A stretch of 64,000 nt of DNA from Marsupella aquatica (taxonomy: Eukaryota > Plantae > Marchantiophyta), in the NCBI GenBank assembly GCA_973895155.1, contig OZ316895.1, positions 13,689,186 to 13,753,185 on the forward strand, in the 5' to 3' direction. The notes under the pieces are model-generated. The model was not told the DNA's origin. It made no database searches and saw only the letters and a list, made by a program, of their open reading frames with translations. The stretch's first letter is position 1; each line of letters starts with the position of its first letter. Of the stretch, positions 1-12,559 are shown piece after piece. Made by a program: the position numbers and the translations under genes.

Positions 1-3000
1 CGGCGCCACTCCAATGCGTCGTCTTTCACAGGGTGAGTATTTTTGCGACCTATTCTGGATTTTGTCGGCAGCTATGTGTTCACGACTTTCTCGCACCTGC
101 ACTCCATTATCTTCTTTCTGTATTGTAAGTGTCACCTGAAGGACATACCAGGAGAATTCCTGTCTTGTGAATTTGTTTCGATTCGGTCCGTCGAAGTCCC
201 CACTTGTCACTTGTCTGCTGCTGCCCGTCTTGTTCCTCGCCTACCAGAGGCATAAGGACTGTCTCCCGCTTCGTCAGGTTTCATGTCATTAGTGTTCTAC
301 GTGATGTTTCCAATTTTGACCTAATGAAATGCCGTGCCTCGCATCAGTTCGTCCTCTCAGCAGCAGGGGGATCGCCGTGTAATTCTCTGTCGCAGCGGCG
401 TCGAGGAGGGCATTAAGGGCCATGGGGGGTTTTGGAATAGTCAAAACAATTCCCTTAGAGACCTGTCTTGCTTCGGAAGATCCCGTAGATCGAGTAGGCA
501 AAATTATTTGTCGGCGCGGCTTAGAAGGGTTACGAGCAAGGAGGGAAGGAGGTTTTCAATTCCTCGAGCTACTGTAGCATCAGAGGAAGAAGTGGGAGAA
601 GGCATTGAGGACGCATCGGAGAAATATGTACAGGAGGAGCGAGTAGGAGTGCTGTTACTGAATTTGGGTGGCCCAGAGACACTCGACGATGTTCAACCTT
701 TTCTGTACAACCTCTTCGCGGACCCTGTAAGTCTAAGACCTTGTGCTCCTGTCTCAGTTTTCGTCGTGTGACAATGACCAATTCTTGTCCAGCTATTGAC
801 TCTTGTTGTTCGATCCTCGTGCAGGACATTATTCGCCTGCCGCGATTGTTCAGGTTTTTGCAGCAGCCTTTGGCTGAGTTTATATCAAAATTGAGGGCAC
901 CTAAAAGTACGGAAGCTTATAAATCTATTGGAGGAGGTTCTCCTTTAAGAAGGATTACCGATGAACAGGTTGGCCTTTCCAGGTTTAAGCTTCAGCACTG
1001 GAAAGCAGTAATATTGCTACCGAACTGGTTTGGAGAAATAAGCTTTATGGAAAGACTCAAAAAATTATATAAACTCTACGAAGAAAGCTTCAGGAACAGT
1101 GCTATGGCCAGGACCTTAGTTAGTATTTCTTATTACAAAATATGCATGATGTCTGATAACAGCCACCTTGTGCTTTTGGCCTCAAACCTTGTTAGGAATA
1201 ATAATGATAATTGAGGGGATCTCTTCAGGAGGCGCTAAAACCAAGTAGTTAATTGAGAAAAACAAAAAATTGAGAAGCACTTCCTTAGTTTCTACAATTG
1301 TTTACAGGCCGCCGCCCTTCAAGGAGCTCTGGCAGAGAAGAACTTACCTGCCAAAGTATATGTGGGAATGCGGTACTGGCATCCTTTCACGGAAGAAGCT
1401 ATTTATCAGGTGGGTTTCAGTGAGGCAGATTATGGGAAACGAGTATTGTGGAAAATCAGGGTTATCTGTTCCGTAATTATAATTGGGTGAAACTTCTAAT
1501 CGTGAAACAGCATCGTGGAAATGGGGGGTTATCTGTGCTGTAGTTTCTACTGTTGTTATGATCGATTTGTTGCAGTATCTTTTGTATCTTTCACAATCAG
1601 TACATTGATCTTTCGTGGGGACTGACAAGTTCTTTGCTTTCTCAATATTTTGGGGTATCTCAGATAAAGCAAGATGGAATTACAAGACTCGTGGTTCTCC
1701 CTCTCTATCCTCAATTTTCTATTTCAACCAGTGGATCTAGTCTTCGACTTCTGGAAGGCATATTTAGGTTTGTTACTGAAGCCAAATTCTCTCTGGTCAA
1801 TTCCAGTTTTAGACGAACAGGTTTTGTGTAGGTGTGTAGTTGAGTGTCCTGGTCAATGAGTTGAGAGATTATTTGAATCGAGGTTCCATTACGATACGAC
1901 TATAAAAAGAACTGTATGTGTCTCAGGATGGATGAGTACTTGGTGAACATGCAGCACACTGTGATCCCGTCCTGGTATCAGCGAGAAGGTTATGTTCAAG
2001 CAATGTCCGCACTGATTGAGAAGGAGCTTGCAAAGTTTGAACGCCCTGATGATGTAAGATATCGCGTACCCATGGGTGGGTTTGGTTGTAGTTATCAGAA
2101 GAGGTTTCTGTGGTTAATATTCTTTTAAAACATACGCTTTTGTTCCCGAAGATAAAACGCGAGAAGGACCCTTGCATGGGGAATGGATTCGAGATATTAA
2201 AAGAAATCTCGTATTGCAGGTGAATATATTTTTCAGCGCACATGGTGTTCCAGTTTCATACGTAGAAGATGCTGGTGATCCTTACAAGGCAGAGATGGAA
2301 GAATGTGTGGAGCTCATCACAGAGGAACTCAAAGCGAGGGGGATTAAAGCCAAGCACACACTGGCTTATCAGGTTAGGATGTGGTGATCTAAAAATTCAT
2401 TTGTTTTACGTCTTGATGTTTCGGTGCAAATATTACTTGTCTGCAGATTAAAGAACGAATAGTATGAACCGCACATTTTTTTGCACCAATACCTTCGAAT
2501 GTCATTTCAGCTCCTAGACTCTCAAACTGTGTATTTGGGTGAATTGTGTCACAGAGCAGGGTAGGACCTGTTGAGTGGTTGAAACCCTATACGGATACTA
2601 CTATTGTGGAATTGGGCAAGAAGGGTGTCAAGTCCCTACTGGCAGTGCCAATCAGGTCTGTCTTAGTGGACCTACTACGAGGAAGTAGGAATCGTTGTTT
2701 TTTGGGTGATTTACGGCGATTCAATGAGTGTTCTTCACTGCGGTTGTCTGTTGGTTGTATTGCGAGTGGCCTAGACTGATGTCCTCACAAGTGCCTCTGG
2801 TGTACCATTGAATAGTAGTTACTAAACAGTGACCTGATTGTCTTAATTGTAGCTTTGTGAGCGAGCATATAGAAACACTGGAGGAGATTGATATGGAGTA
2901 CCGAGAACTTGCTCTCGAGTCTGGTATTGTGAACTGGGGTCGGGTGCCGGCGTTGGGTTGTGATCCAACTTTTATAGATGACTTAGCAGATGCTGTAATA

Positions 3001-3422
3001 GAAGCTCTCCCTTATGTTGGAGCTATGGCCGTCTCCAATCTCGAAGCTCGTCAGGTATGTGCAATGTGGTTATTGCTCGATATTAAGTGTATTCTCATTT
3101 ACAGGGAATGTCTAATTCTTGCCAACTTGATTCCTCTAATTCAGTGGTAACATTTGATTCATCACTCATGGCCAGTGTTGGTGGTTGTAATATGCAGTCA
3201 CTGGTTCCACTCGGGAAAGTAGAGGAGTTATTAGCCACATATGACACCCAACGCAGAGAGCTCCCAGCACCTGTTGCAGTCTGGGAGTGGGGCTGGACTA
3301 AAAGTGCAGAAACCTGGAATGGTCGTGTGGCTATGCTAGCTGTGGTGGCTCTTTTGGTATTAGAAGTGTCAACTGGACAGGGGGTTCTCCATCAATGGGG
3401 TATATTGCCTTTTTCACGGTAG
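1..3422 (+). CDS. FC2: Ferrochelatase, plastid type with C-terminal CAB/LHC motif; 5'-partial, multi-exon
   Basis: Exons joined in frame at GT-AG sites: <1-32, 348-726, 825-968, 1308-1409, 1664-1767, 1927-2053, 2220-2372, 2555-2655, 2853-3054, 3198-3422 (TAG). Motifs [82 protein letters not shown] and CAB motif [12 protein letters not shown]. Start codon lies upstream of the window. Confidence 0.96.
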
Positions 3423-4454
3423 CTATTTGCAAGCATCTCGAGGATTATAGTTCAGATCGGGAATTTTTAACGATGCAAGAAGTTCGTCATTAAGCTGTGC
3501 ACGGATTGCGTCCCTCATTTTTCAACATGGTGAAGCTGACTGCGCCAGGTTGGGGATTGCCATCATACCCTGACCTCATCTCAGCAATGAGATATCATGC
3601 AGAATGTAGGACATTTATTCGCAAGTCATTGTCATTCGTGAAATGTTCACAATGTAAGCCCGGACCTGGTGTACTCCTAGATTCTTGGTTACACCTACTC
3701 AAAGAGGGCTCCGCAAGAGCTCTGATGGCTGGCTTACTTGAACACTGTAGAAAATAATATACGAAGAATTTAAATCGTTGGGTCAGGTAAACCTATGATT
3801 CTACAAGTCTATACTAATACCTTTCAGTAGATTCCACACAGCATTCTGGTTTGGGAGTAAGGGCGTGCGACGAATAATATTTCGGGCATAAGGAATCTAA
3901 ATACTCACAGGCATTAGTATATTTACGAGAATGCATTTTTGAACGCTCAGATCCCCCAGCTGGGAAGACGAATTCTCCACATCGTGGGATTGGTTGCATC
4001 AAGATAATACTGTACAAAACTTGTTACAAAGAGAAGGGTGAGAGGATCCCTTTGGTTGCATCAAGAAAATTATGTACAAATCTAGCTACTTTTTGGAATA
4101 CTGGAAACTTCAACTCTTAGCTCCACAGGTGCACGTGTAATTTTGTGTAGGGTAACCCATGGCCTGGAAGGGGATGAGCTGTTATTCCTGAGGCGGTGAG
4201 CTGGAGGGGGATGGCCCTTGAACAGACCATGGGTTAGTAAGTGTAACCCCTCACTCCTTTCTAAAAGTGGGGGGGGGGTTGCTGGTGCAGGTCTTGGTTG
4301 ATGGTGCGGGTCTTGGTCATAGTATAGAGTTACCACAACCCTTAGGTTTACCTACTTCTTGCTCATGTGGGATGTCTTGCGGTAACACTGGAGTCCATCG
4401 TCACAGACCATGGTTGTTCATGATGCCTTGAGGAAGGCTGTCACAGGTCCTCTC

Positions 4455-4606
4455 TGGGAGTTTGGTGTGGGTGAGGCAGGAGGTCGTGGTTATTTTTCCT
4501 GGTCCTCTGCTGTAGAGAATATGCATTTATGTTTTGGTATAGGTGAGGCAGGAGGTGGTGGTTATTTTTCCTGGTCCTCCTGTGTAGAGATTGTGCATTT
4601 ATCTTG
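4455..4606. repeat. Two-copy tandem duplication (~73-bp unit)
   Basis: GGTGAGGCAGGAGGT(C/G)GTGGTTATTTTTCCTGGTCCTC...TGTAGAGA...TGCATTTAT occurs at ~4470 and ~4542. Confidence 0.85.
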
Positions 4607-5139
4607 CCATGGTACGAGACAATGAGAAAAGAGGAAAAATATGCCTCTACTGTCATCAAATAGCTTCCTTCCCCTTTGCCTTGAAATATGTAAGAGATTC
4701 ATCATTAGTTTGATAAGCACAAGATGGTTCCACCACTAATTGCTTTGACGATTACTGCCATGAGCAGATTTCAGTGACATAGCATGCTCAAGTCTGAGTG
4801 ATTCAATGCAGACCTCTTAGTAGAGGATTTTCTTCTTAGAGGACATCCATGTCTCACTTGTAGATTTCGTTATGACACTAGATCATCACACTATTGCATT
4901 CATAGATTTCCATTTCTTAGTTTTTCTTCTTTCTAGGTTTTAAGGGTCTGCATTTGGTCATTTGGTCTCTTCTTTTGAGTTTCATGTTTGTCTTCTCTAG
5001 ACCCTGTTGGTTTTACTCCATTGTACTGTGTTTATGGACCCCGATTAGGGGTCTCTTGCAAATTCTCAACCATGAGGTTGCGTCACATATCACAATTAGT
5101 CACAAACAGGAATGATACTACTTTTAACAATAACAAACG

Positions 5140-5910
5140 TGTACATTCCTGTTTGTGGCAAAAAAATAACGTAATTTTTGGGGCGCCATGCTGTAAATAT
5201 TAAGCATAAAAACCAAAATGCAAAGGAATAGATGTCATTTAGTAAAATAAAATTATCATTTTGATATTTGTCAAAGATATATCAGTGTTTTATATGAAAA
5301 TATTTGTATTTTTTAATTGTTTGCAAGTTTAAAAATATCAATTGATAAAAATGTACATAATTAAAATCCATTTAGTTTCACATTGTAAAACTAAATAATA
5401 AATCTCCTTAGTACTTGATAAAATTTGCCAATGTTTGATTCATTGGAAAATTCAAAATCAAGATTTAGAAACTCATGATCTCTTTAGTAATGTCTTGATA
5501 AAATCTCTCAATGTCACTCATTGGAAAGCTAGAGTAAAATTAAAAACTCATCATCTCCTTAGTACTTGACAAAATTTATCAATGTTAAGTTCATTGAAAA
5601 GCTAGAGAAATTTAGATACTCATGATCTCTCTATTTCTTGACAAATAATCTCAATGTCACACATTAGAAAGCTAAAAAGATTGAAAACCTCCTGATCTCT
5701 TGAGTACCGTGACAAAATCTAACATAAAATTTGTAAATGTCAGACTCAATGTTAGAAAGCTAAAAGAATTCATGAAATCATAATCAAAATCTCTTATACT
5801 AACACTCATTGGAAAGGCAAAGATATTCAAAAATTCATATGAAACTTGACAAAATTTGTCAATTTGAGGCTCATTGGAAACCCTTTCCCGATTAAGAGAT
5901 ATCACAATCT
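5140..5910. repeat. AT-rich dispersed repeat with degenerate ~65-70-bp subrepeats, probably a non-autonomous DNA element; related copy at ~50980-51620
   Basis: Recurrent AAACTCATGATCTC.TTAGTAC.TTGA.AAAAT...CTCATTGGAAAGCTAGA units at 5400-5900. Reverse-complement units at 51390-51600. Shared CATTC.TGTTTGTGG...CGCCATGC.GTAAA segment at ~5143 and ~50983. Confidence 0.6.
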
Positions 5911-7099
5911 CGTCACCGTCACAAACTTAGCCGCTACAAATTGATTTCTTTGATTACGTCACCATCGCTTGTCCACAATGCTTGCTTCCCGGCTTGAATT
6001 GTTCGCATCTCTTAGATAGTCTTCAACTAAAGCTCACTCTAGACACAGGTTAACGCCAAATGCAGCCTCTATGTCAAAGAAACAATTGTTGGTCTTCCCC
6101 TCACACCATAGCTTTCTTAAATAAAAATAATTACAAATCCTTTGTTTGAAGTGACAACTCGTTCGTTTTGTGTGTTCTTCCCACCAAATTGACAAGCGCT
6201 CTTTTGCCAACAGCTGAGTGTTGTGCTCTAGTTTGTCTTGTGGCGGTAATGCTCAATGTAACTCATAAACAATCAATCAAGAATGGTTGAAAGATGATTT
6301 CTCCAATGTGTAAGCAAAACCTATAAGAAAACTCAATTCCTCCACATTCAACCTTCCGTTTGATAAATCTCTATCTTTTGAGCATTTGTTTTTGTACAAG
6401 CACACACCAACACCATCGGGAGACTCAAAACCGTTGGTTACCGCCTTGATGAAAATTGATTTCACATAATCACACAAACATTCCTTGGATGAACATGGGG
6501 GTCCACGGATTAATTGACCCTTTTTAGTAAACTGGCCCTTTTTCTCTCTAGAAAGAGTGAACATGCTAAAATGAATTCTATATTTTATTATTTTGTAATA
6601 CAATTTATGACACTTAGTCACGAGAATTTGCCAGATTTGTGGTTTGTAATTAAGTGCCACACCCACATATAAACAAAAAAAGAGTATTAAAAAGAATGAA
6701 CAACCTATGCTTGACACACTAGTAAGCTAAGGTACCTCCCAAAACCAAAAGTGAAAGATATTCAATTAATTGTCAGTGAACAAATATGACTACAGGCAAA
6801 ACTGCTGATAATTTTTACACCGGATTCCCAAGTGGGTGTAAGACCTGCAGTTTGTGGCAACCTTAACCATCTGCTGGGACTCATGCTAACTTAGTAAAAG
6901 CAATTGGTTGCTGCTGCCACTCCATCCACAATGCAACTCACTGAAGGCTCATTACAATGATCCACCCTAGTAGCCTTTCTTACATGAGACTAGATCACAC
7001 CTTAATCTAGTCTAATCTAGTCATACTATATTATATTAATATAGTCACATGAGAAACTAAATCTTTCCTAGATTGTAATGTTCCACAAGATGCTCAGAT

Positions 7100-7765
7100 G
7101 GATTGCTCAAACTGGAACTTGCATGGACCTTTCTGAAAATTCTACTCAGATAGAAAAATTTAAGTTTATAGAAATGCTCACTTTTTGGGTGTCAGAAAGT
7201 GGTTGGTTCATAAGAGTTCCAAGGTTAAATATTGTTGTCCAGACTATGGCTCCATTCAAATGTATCAGCCAGATCTTGTCCCTCATGCTCTAGTGCAGTG
7301 CTCTGCTGGAAGTAGTGGGTTTGGCTGGATTGCAGTCTATCGGTCAGTGGGGCTAGTCTGGGCTCCACGGCTGGTGTCCGACCGGTGGGTTCCGAAATTG
7401 CTCTTGGATGCGTTGTGGGCGGGGATGCGTTGTTGGCAGCCTTGACAGTTTCTAGACTGAGTTTCTGGCTTTGGTTGGGATTTTTGGTTGCTCCCTTCTT
7501 TCATGCACTGTTCTTGCTATCTAGGCCTTGTTCAGTGGACGGTTCTCTGCTTTCTGGGGGTCCTCCTCTCCTTCGTGTTCTGCCGCCTCCCTTTCAGGCC
7601 GTCGTTTGACCCATCTTCTCTCTGGGGGTGCTCCCTCTTTTGGCCCCCCTTGCTTTTGCTTTTGTCTTCTCCTGTTTCCTCCTCTCAGATGGGCGGCATT
7701 GTTTTGTTGGCTTCTCCAGTTAATAAAGTTTCTTGGGCGTTCGCCCTTTCCCGGGGGAAAAAATA
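7100..7765 (+). mobile_element. Probable 3' remnant of a non-LTR (LINE-like) retroelement
   Basis: T/C-rich tail ending in TAATAAAG...AAAAAA. Compositionally similar reverse-oriented tails at ~32150-32430, ~37740-37990 and ~44150-44520 share an AACTGCATG..GGGAGGGT motif. No intact RT is visible. Confidence 0.4.
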
Positions 7766-8189
7766 TTGTTGTCCATATCAATATCAACTTTGTTACATGA
7801 TCAATTAGTGTTCCTTTTTTTCTCAAGTAGGCAGGAGGTGAGTGGGCCAAAAATGACCTGGCATAAGGTGGACAGCCACCATCAAGGGCCTAGGTTGACT
7901 AATTCTGGCCTGGAACCCAATCAATGCCCTTCCAGGATAACTGACAATATGCAAGTCCAGTGACCAGTGAGGAATGCAAAAGCTTGTTTGTACTACTATG
8001 TGCAAATACAAAATAGAGTTGTACAATAGATGTGTCATGAGGCCAGGTCAGGGAAAACCCCCAAATAAATGAATGAGGTTAATAGTTCCTGGAAAACTCA
8101 TTTATTATAACCCCTGTCTTAGATGTTGCCCACTTGCCATTCTCATTTAGGTGATAAAAGAGTCAGACCTCCAATTTTTTCAGGTGTTA

Positions 8190-9055
8190 AGACCTTTGTG
8201 TGCAAAGGGCTTTGGTGAACTCCACTTTGGGATGGGGTTTGTGCAAAAGGTGGTAAACTCATGAAACTTGAACTTGAAACCTTACATACCACAATGAAGA
8301 CTCCTACTGTTGGACCATGCTTGTTGGGACAACTAACCTTGAACAAACTTTGCACGTACCTGGATCCGCACACCGCCAATTTTTCTAAGTGTAAATTCTT
8401 TTGTGTGCGAGGGGCTTTGGGAAAAGCCACTTTTGGGATGGGGGTTTGTGCAAAAGCTGGCTAACTTGAAACCTCACATGCAACAATGAAGACTGTTACT
8501 CTTGGATTGTGCTAGTTGGGACAACTAATGTTGAACAAATTTGCGCTTACCTGGATGTGCACACCCCTGATTTTCCAAGTCTCAAGTTTTTATGTGCAAA
8601 GAAATTTGGAGAACCCAATATGAAAAGTTTCACTTGATAGGACCCCTGAGTAATCCAGACCGTTGATTGACCTTGAATCAACGCACCTAAAACTTCAGGG
8701 GTTCTATCAAGTAAATTTTTTTATTTTGGGGTCCCCAAATCCCTTTGCACAGAAAAACTTGAGACTTGGAAAATTAGGGGTGTGCAGATCCAGGCTCGGA
8801 TCCAGGTAAGCGCAAATTTGGGTTTGAATGGGTCCATCAAGTATATATGTGCAAAGGGATTTGGAGAACCCAATATGAAAAGTTCAAGCCCCATCCCAAA
8901 AGTGGCTTGATAGGAGAGAATAGATTGTGCAAAAAGCTGGTTTACTCATGAAGCTTGAACTTGAAACCTCACATGCAACAATAAAGACTACTACTGCTGG
9001 ACTAAGCTTGCTGGGATGACTAATGTCAAACAAACTCTTAACTCTTACATGGATC
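8190..9055. repeat. Degenerate ~200-240-bp tandem units enclosing a 285-bp foldback (8536-8820)
   Basis: TTTGTGCAAAAG...CTTGAAACCT...CAATGAAGACT...CAACTAA units at ~8230, ~8440 and ~8925. CAAATTTGCGCTTACCTGGAT at 8536 is the exact reverse complement of 8800-8820, and pairing continues inward. Confidence 0.8.
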
Positions 9056-10404
9056 AGAGCACCATAGGTGGCTGTCGGAATATGAAGATGCGCACCCTCA
9101 TGTATTCAACTTCTGTGGGCACTGGATCGCATATGGATAATTCCACATCAAAATGTGTTAATATATGGTGTATACTGATATAAATAGAAAAAACCATCTT
9201 TATCATGAATGAGACATCTACTTGATGGACCCATGAGTGATCCAAAGGGTTGATAGATCTCAAATCAATGTACCCAAAAACTCATGGGGTTTCATGGGGT
9301 CTAGTAAATAAGACATTTCAATTTAGGGTCCATCAAGTATATCTCTCAGTGACATGTTACACCGTGTGATTTAAATAGAAAAATCATGTTTATCAATTAT
9401 CATAGTATGGAGTGAGGTGGTAGAATATATACAGTCCCATTATGATGGGCAATGAAAGGGGCTGGCAACATAACAACATTGACTTATGTGGGCTATGGGG
9501 TCAGGCCATAATGGGCAACATTGGATGATGGGACCCAACAGAGAACAATAAATGAGTTTTGCGACTGTAATTCCAAAACGTGACTGACTCACTTCCCCGA
9601 AAGAATATGATCCCCCACTTTGGAATCCCACAGATCGAGAAGTCAGAGGCTTTGATGAAACGGCGATGGCGATTGGATCCCGTTTCCCGATGAACGAATC
9701 CTATTTCTGATTTTCTGCAATGCTGTAGTCTGTAGACAGTAGGAGACCATGATGCTATGCTGCCAGCCAGGCCTAATAATGTCCGACAACATTGGCTTTA
9801 CACCGGCCTTCTTATCGACTCGCAGTGTCGCACTCGCTCCCTCCATCCATTCCATCGACGATCGATCCGTCGATCCACCGGCAAGGGCGGGTGGTCCTCT
9901 CATCTCATCGTTCTCTGGTCGGTCATCTCCGCACACAGAAGAAGTCCCTCTGCTGTTGAATGCTCTTATTCGTCCGGTGGCAAGTCCGAATCGTCAACCT
10001 GCCTGCCGCTTGCTTGCTTGCTTGCTCGCTGATCAGTACAAAGTAAGTTGCTGCCAGCCTTCATTTGCGCCTCACCCACATCGGGCCGCCCCCGCTATTT
10101 GGTTCTCGGGTTTTGAAGCTATTATTTTCAACCTGCGCAAATCTGGATTCTGCTTTCATCACTTTTCAAAGCTATTTGATTATCTACGCCTGGAATTCAT
10201 CTTTCCTGACAATCGGCGCAAATGTTAAGGTTTAGAGAAAGAGAATGATTGTAAATCTTTCCATCAACGAGATAAGAATGCAGGATGGAAAGTCTGGTGT
10301 TAGAGGAGGTTGGGTGCAGTTCCGTAATTCCTGTCAGGAGAAGAGGTTACCCCTGTGTAACTATTTCTGGAGGGGCCTGCTATAGTCATAATCTGCTCTC
10401 CTGA

Positions 10405-10754
10405 AAAGTCTAACAGATAACCTCTTTCCGGGCAAGAGTTAAGTACGCTAGTGCAGGTCTGGGCTGGGGTTATAGACTGTAACCTACTCCCCGAATATTC
10501 AAAGAAGCTTTCTGGCTATCGCCATTCAGTTTCTTTTCATATTCCAGACGCAAGGTTATAGCCTAGAAAAGTCTAGCCGGTAACCTCTTTTCGGGCAGGA
10601 GTTGCGTACGCTAGTGCAGGTCTGGGTTGGGGTTATAGACTATAACATGTTCCCCGAATATTCAAAGAAGCTTTTCGGCTACCGTCGTTCAGCTTTTTTT
10701 CATATTCCAGATGCAAGGTTACAGCCTAGTAACCCTGCGCCCAGACCTGCATTA
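10405..10754. repeat. Tandemly duplicated hairpin/MITE-like element (~160-bp period; complete copy 10612-10754)
   Basis: Near-identical blocks at ~10405-10566 and ~10567-10730. TAGTGCAGGTCTGGG..GGGTTA at 10612 is inverted relative to TAACCCTGCGCCCAGACCTGCATTA ending at 10754. Confidence 0.75.
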
Positions 10755-11198
10755 CCCTATACTTTTACCCGGTCAAGTAGGAACAGAACTAGAGAACGAC
10801 AGGAGGAAAGAGCCTAGGAAGAGAGCAAAGGGTGGGAACTCCGTTTTAGTGGATGAAGTGGGCATTTAGGTTTGGTGTGTAGAATAGCCTGAGAACGGGG
10901 TCAACGTGTGTATGTGAGAGGAACCATTTCCATCTCAACATTGGGGTTAATTTGGAGTCTCTGTTGCTTCCTGGTTGTTGCTTTGGTGGGAACATTGCAA
11001 TTGACAAGAAAATCTTTGTTGGCCTTCGGATCTACATGCATTATCCATTCACCGATATATTAACAACATAGGTCAATTTTCATGAAGATGAATTGACTTA
11101 GCAAATGGGGTTTGCTCTGCAGCGGGGAGGAAATTCCCCCTCACTGGACCTTTGACACTAGTACCTTGTCTGTCTCGCTTACACTGAAGTTCGGCTGA

Positions 11199-11407
11199 CG
11201 CGCAGAAAGTAGCAAGACAAGGACACTCATGCCTAGCTTACCTGTTTTAACAATTGCTCTCTTTGTTTCTTGGTTCGACAAGAAACATTACAAGAAATAC
11301 GCACAGAAAGTAACAAGACAAGGACACTCATGCCCAGCTTACCTGTTTTAACAATTGCTCTCTTTGTTTCTTGGTTCGACAAGAAACATTACGAGAAATA
11401 CGCACAG
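11199..11407. repeat. Two-copy tandem duplication (~100-bp unit)
   Basis: CAGAAAGTA.CAAGACAAGGACACTCATGCC.AGCTTACCTGTTTTAACAATTGCTCTC...AGAAATACGCACAG repeated with few mismatches. Confidence 0.92.
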
Positions 11408-12559
11408 CGGTAGCCCAGCCATTGCTACCTCCTTGGGACCTCCCTTGTCTAGGTATATTGATTGCGAAATTCAAGTCGTCAGCATCAATCACTCAATGTA
11501 CTCTAAGTGACCGCCTATCCTGGTATGGATGACCTCTTTATGGATGACGGAATATTGGGCGGTGAGGTTGTAGAGGTGTTCACTCGGCAAAAGATGACAA
11601 ACGTGCGGATCGCTGGAACGGAGTGTGAGACGATTGTTCGGACATTCTCAATCTTCACGTCGAACTTGATGAAGATTGTGTGTCCGAAGACATTTCCTGG
11701 AGTCCTAGTTTCGCACCCTCCAGCCGCCTGCAATTGTCTATCCCCTCCAGGAACCTTCGCCTTGCGAGCTCATTACTGTTCATCCGTTTGGTGCCAGCTA
11801 GTCCGTAGGTCACGGACATGTTGATCCATGTCCAGTATAGTGACAAAATGTGGTCGAGTCGATCCGCTGGATTGAGCCGGAGTCAATAAGGACTCATGAC
11901 AACATGAAGTTTACTTCACAGAAAGTTCGGTGAGTACAAAGGTTCCATTCCGTAGAGTCTTCCAGACGTGTTAGCTGTAACAGGTTCTAGGTTCAGTACA
12001 TGACTGCATCCTAGTCCCAATCAATTTCTCCTGACTAAAAAGAGAACCAGAACTTTATGTTCTTGGTAAAACAAACAATGGGTACGCAACCCAATCCAGT
12101 AACGATGTCCAACTTTCATACCCCTAGTTGGTTGGTGACGAAACCCAGTCGGCACGACTCCTTAACAGTTGGTCCAGACATTCACCATCTACAATTCATA
12201 GAAGCGACTCTATTGATGATACACTCTGATGGATCGGATCTTCTATTACTTAACATATACAAAGCTTTTGCAAGTTGGTTATAGTGTTGTACACAGCAGG
12301 GGAGTATTACTATCAATGCATAGCTGTGGCTCTAAATGAATGTCCTAAACTAACAAGATCTCGAACAGATGTAAGGAAAATGTCTTTGAGCATTTTTTCC
12401 TGAGCACTCGAAAATGAAAGCGCTCGTGGTGCTGCTACAGATCGGCCCTGACCATGCCAAATCCTCTCGAAATACACCCACATGTACGTAAACGTATGTA
12501 CTCACCTAAAGCCGGACTATCTACCTGCTCTGGGAAGAATTAGGGAGGACTTTTTCTTT

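Noticed and set aside
334-347. GTG start of the 334-771 ORF as the ferrochelatase start
   Set aside because: A GT-AG intron at 33-347 joins an open upstream exon in frame, so the true start is outside the window.
6277-6717. 146-aa minus-strand ORF
   Set aside because: Non-ATG start, no recognisable motif, and it lies next to repeat-like AT-rich DNA.
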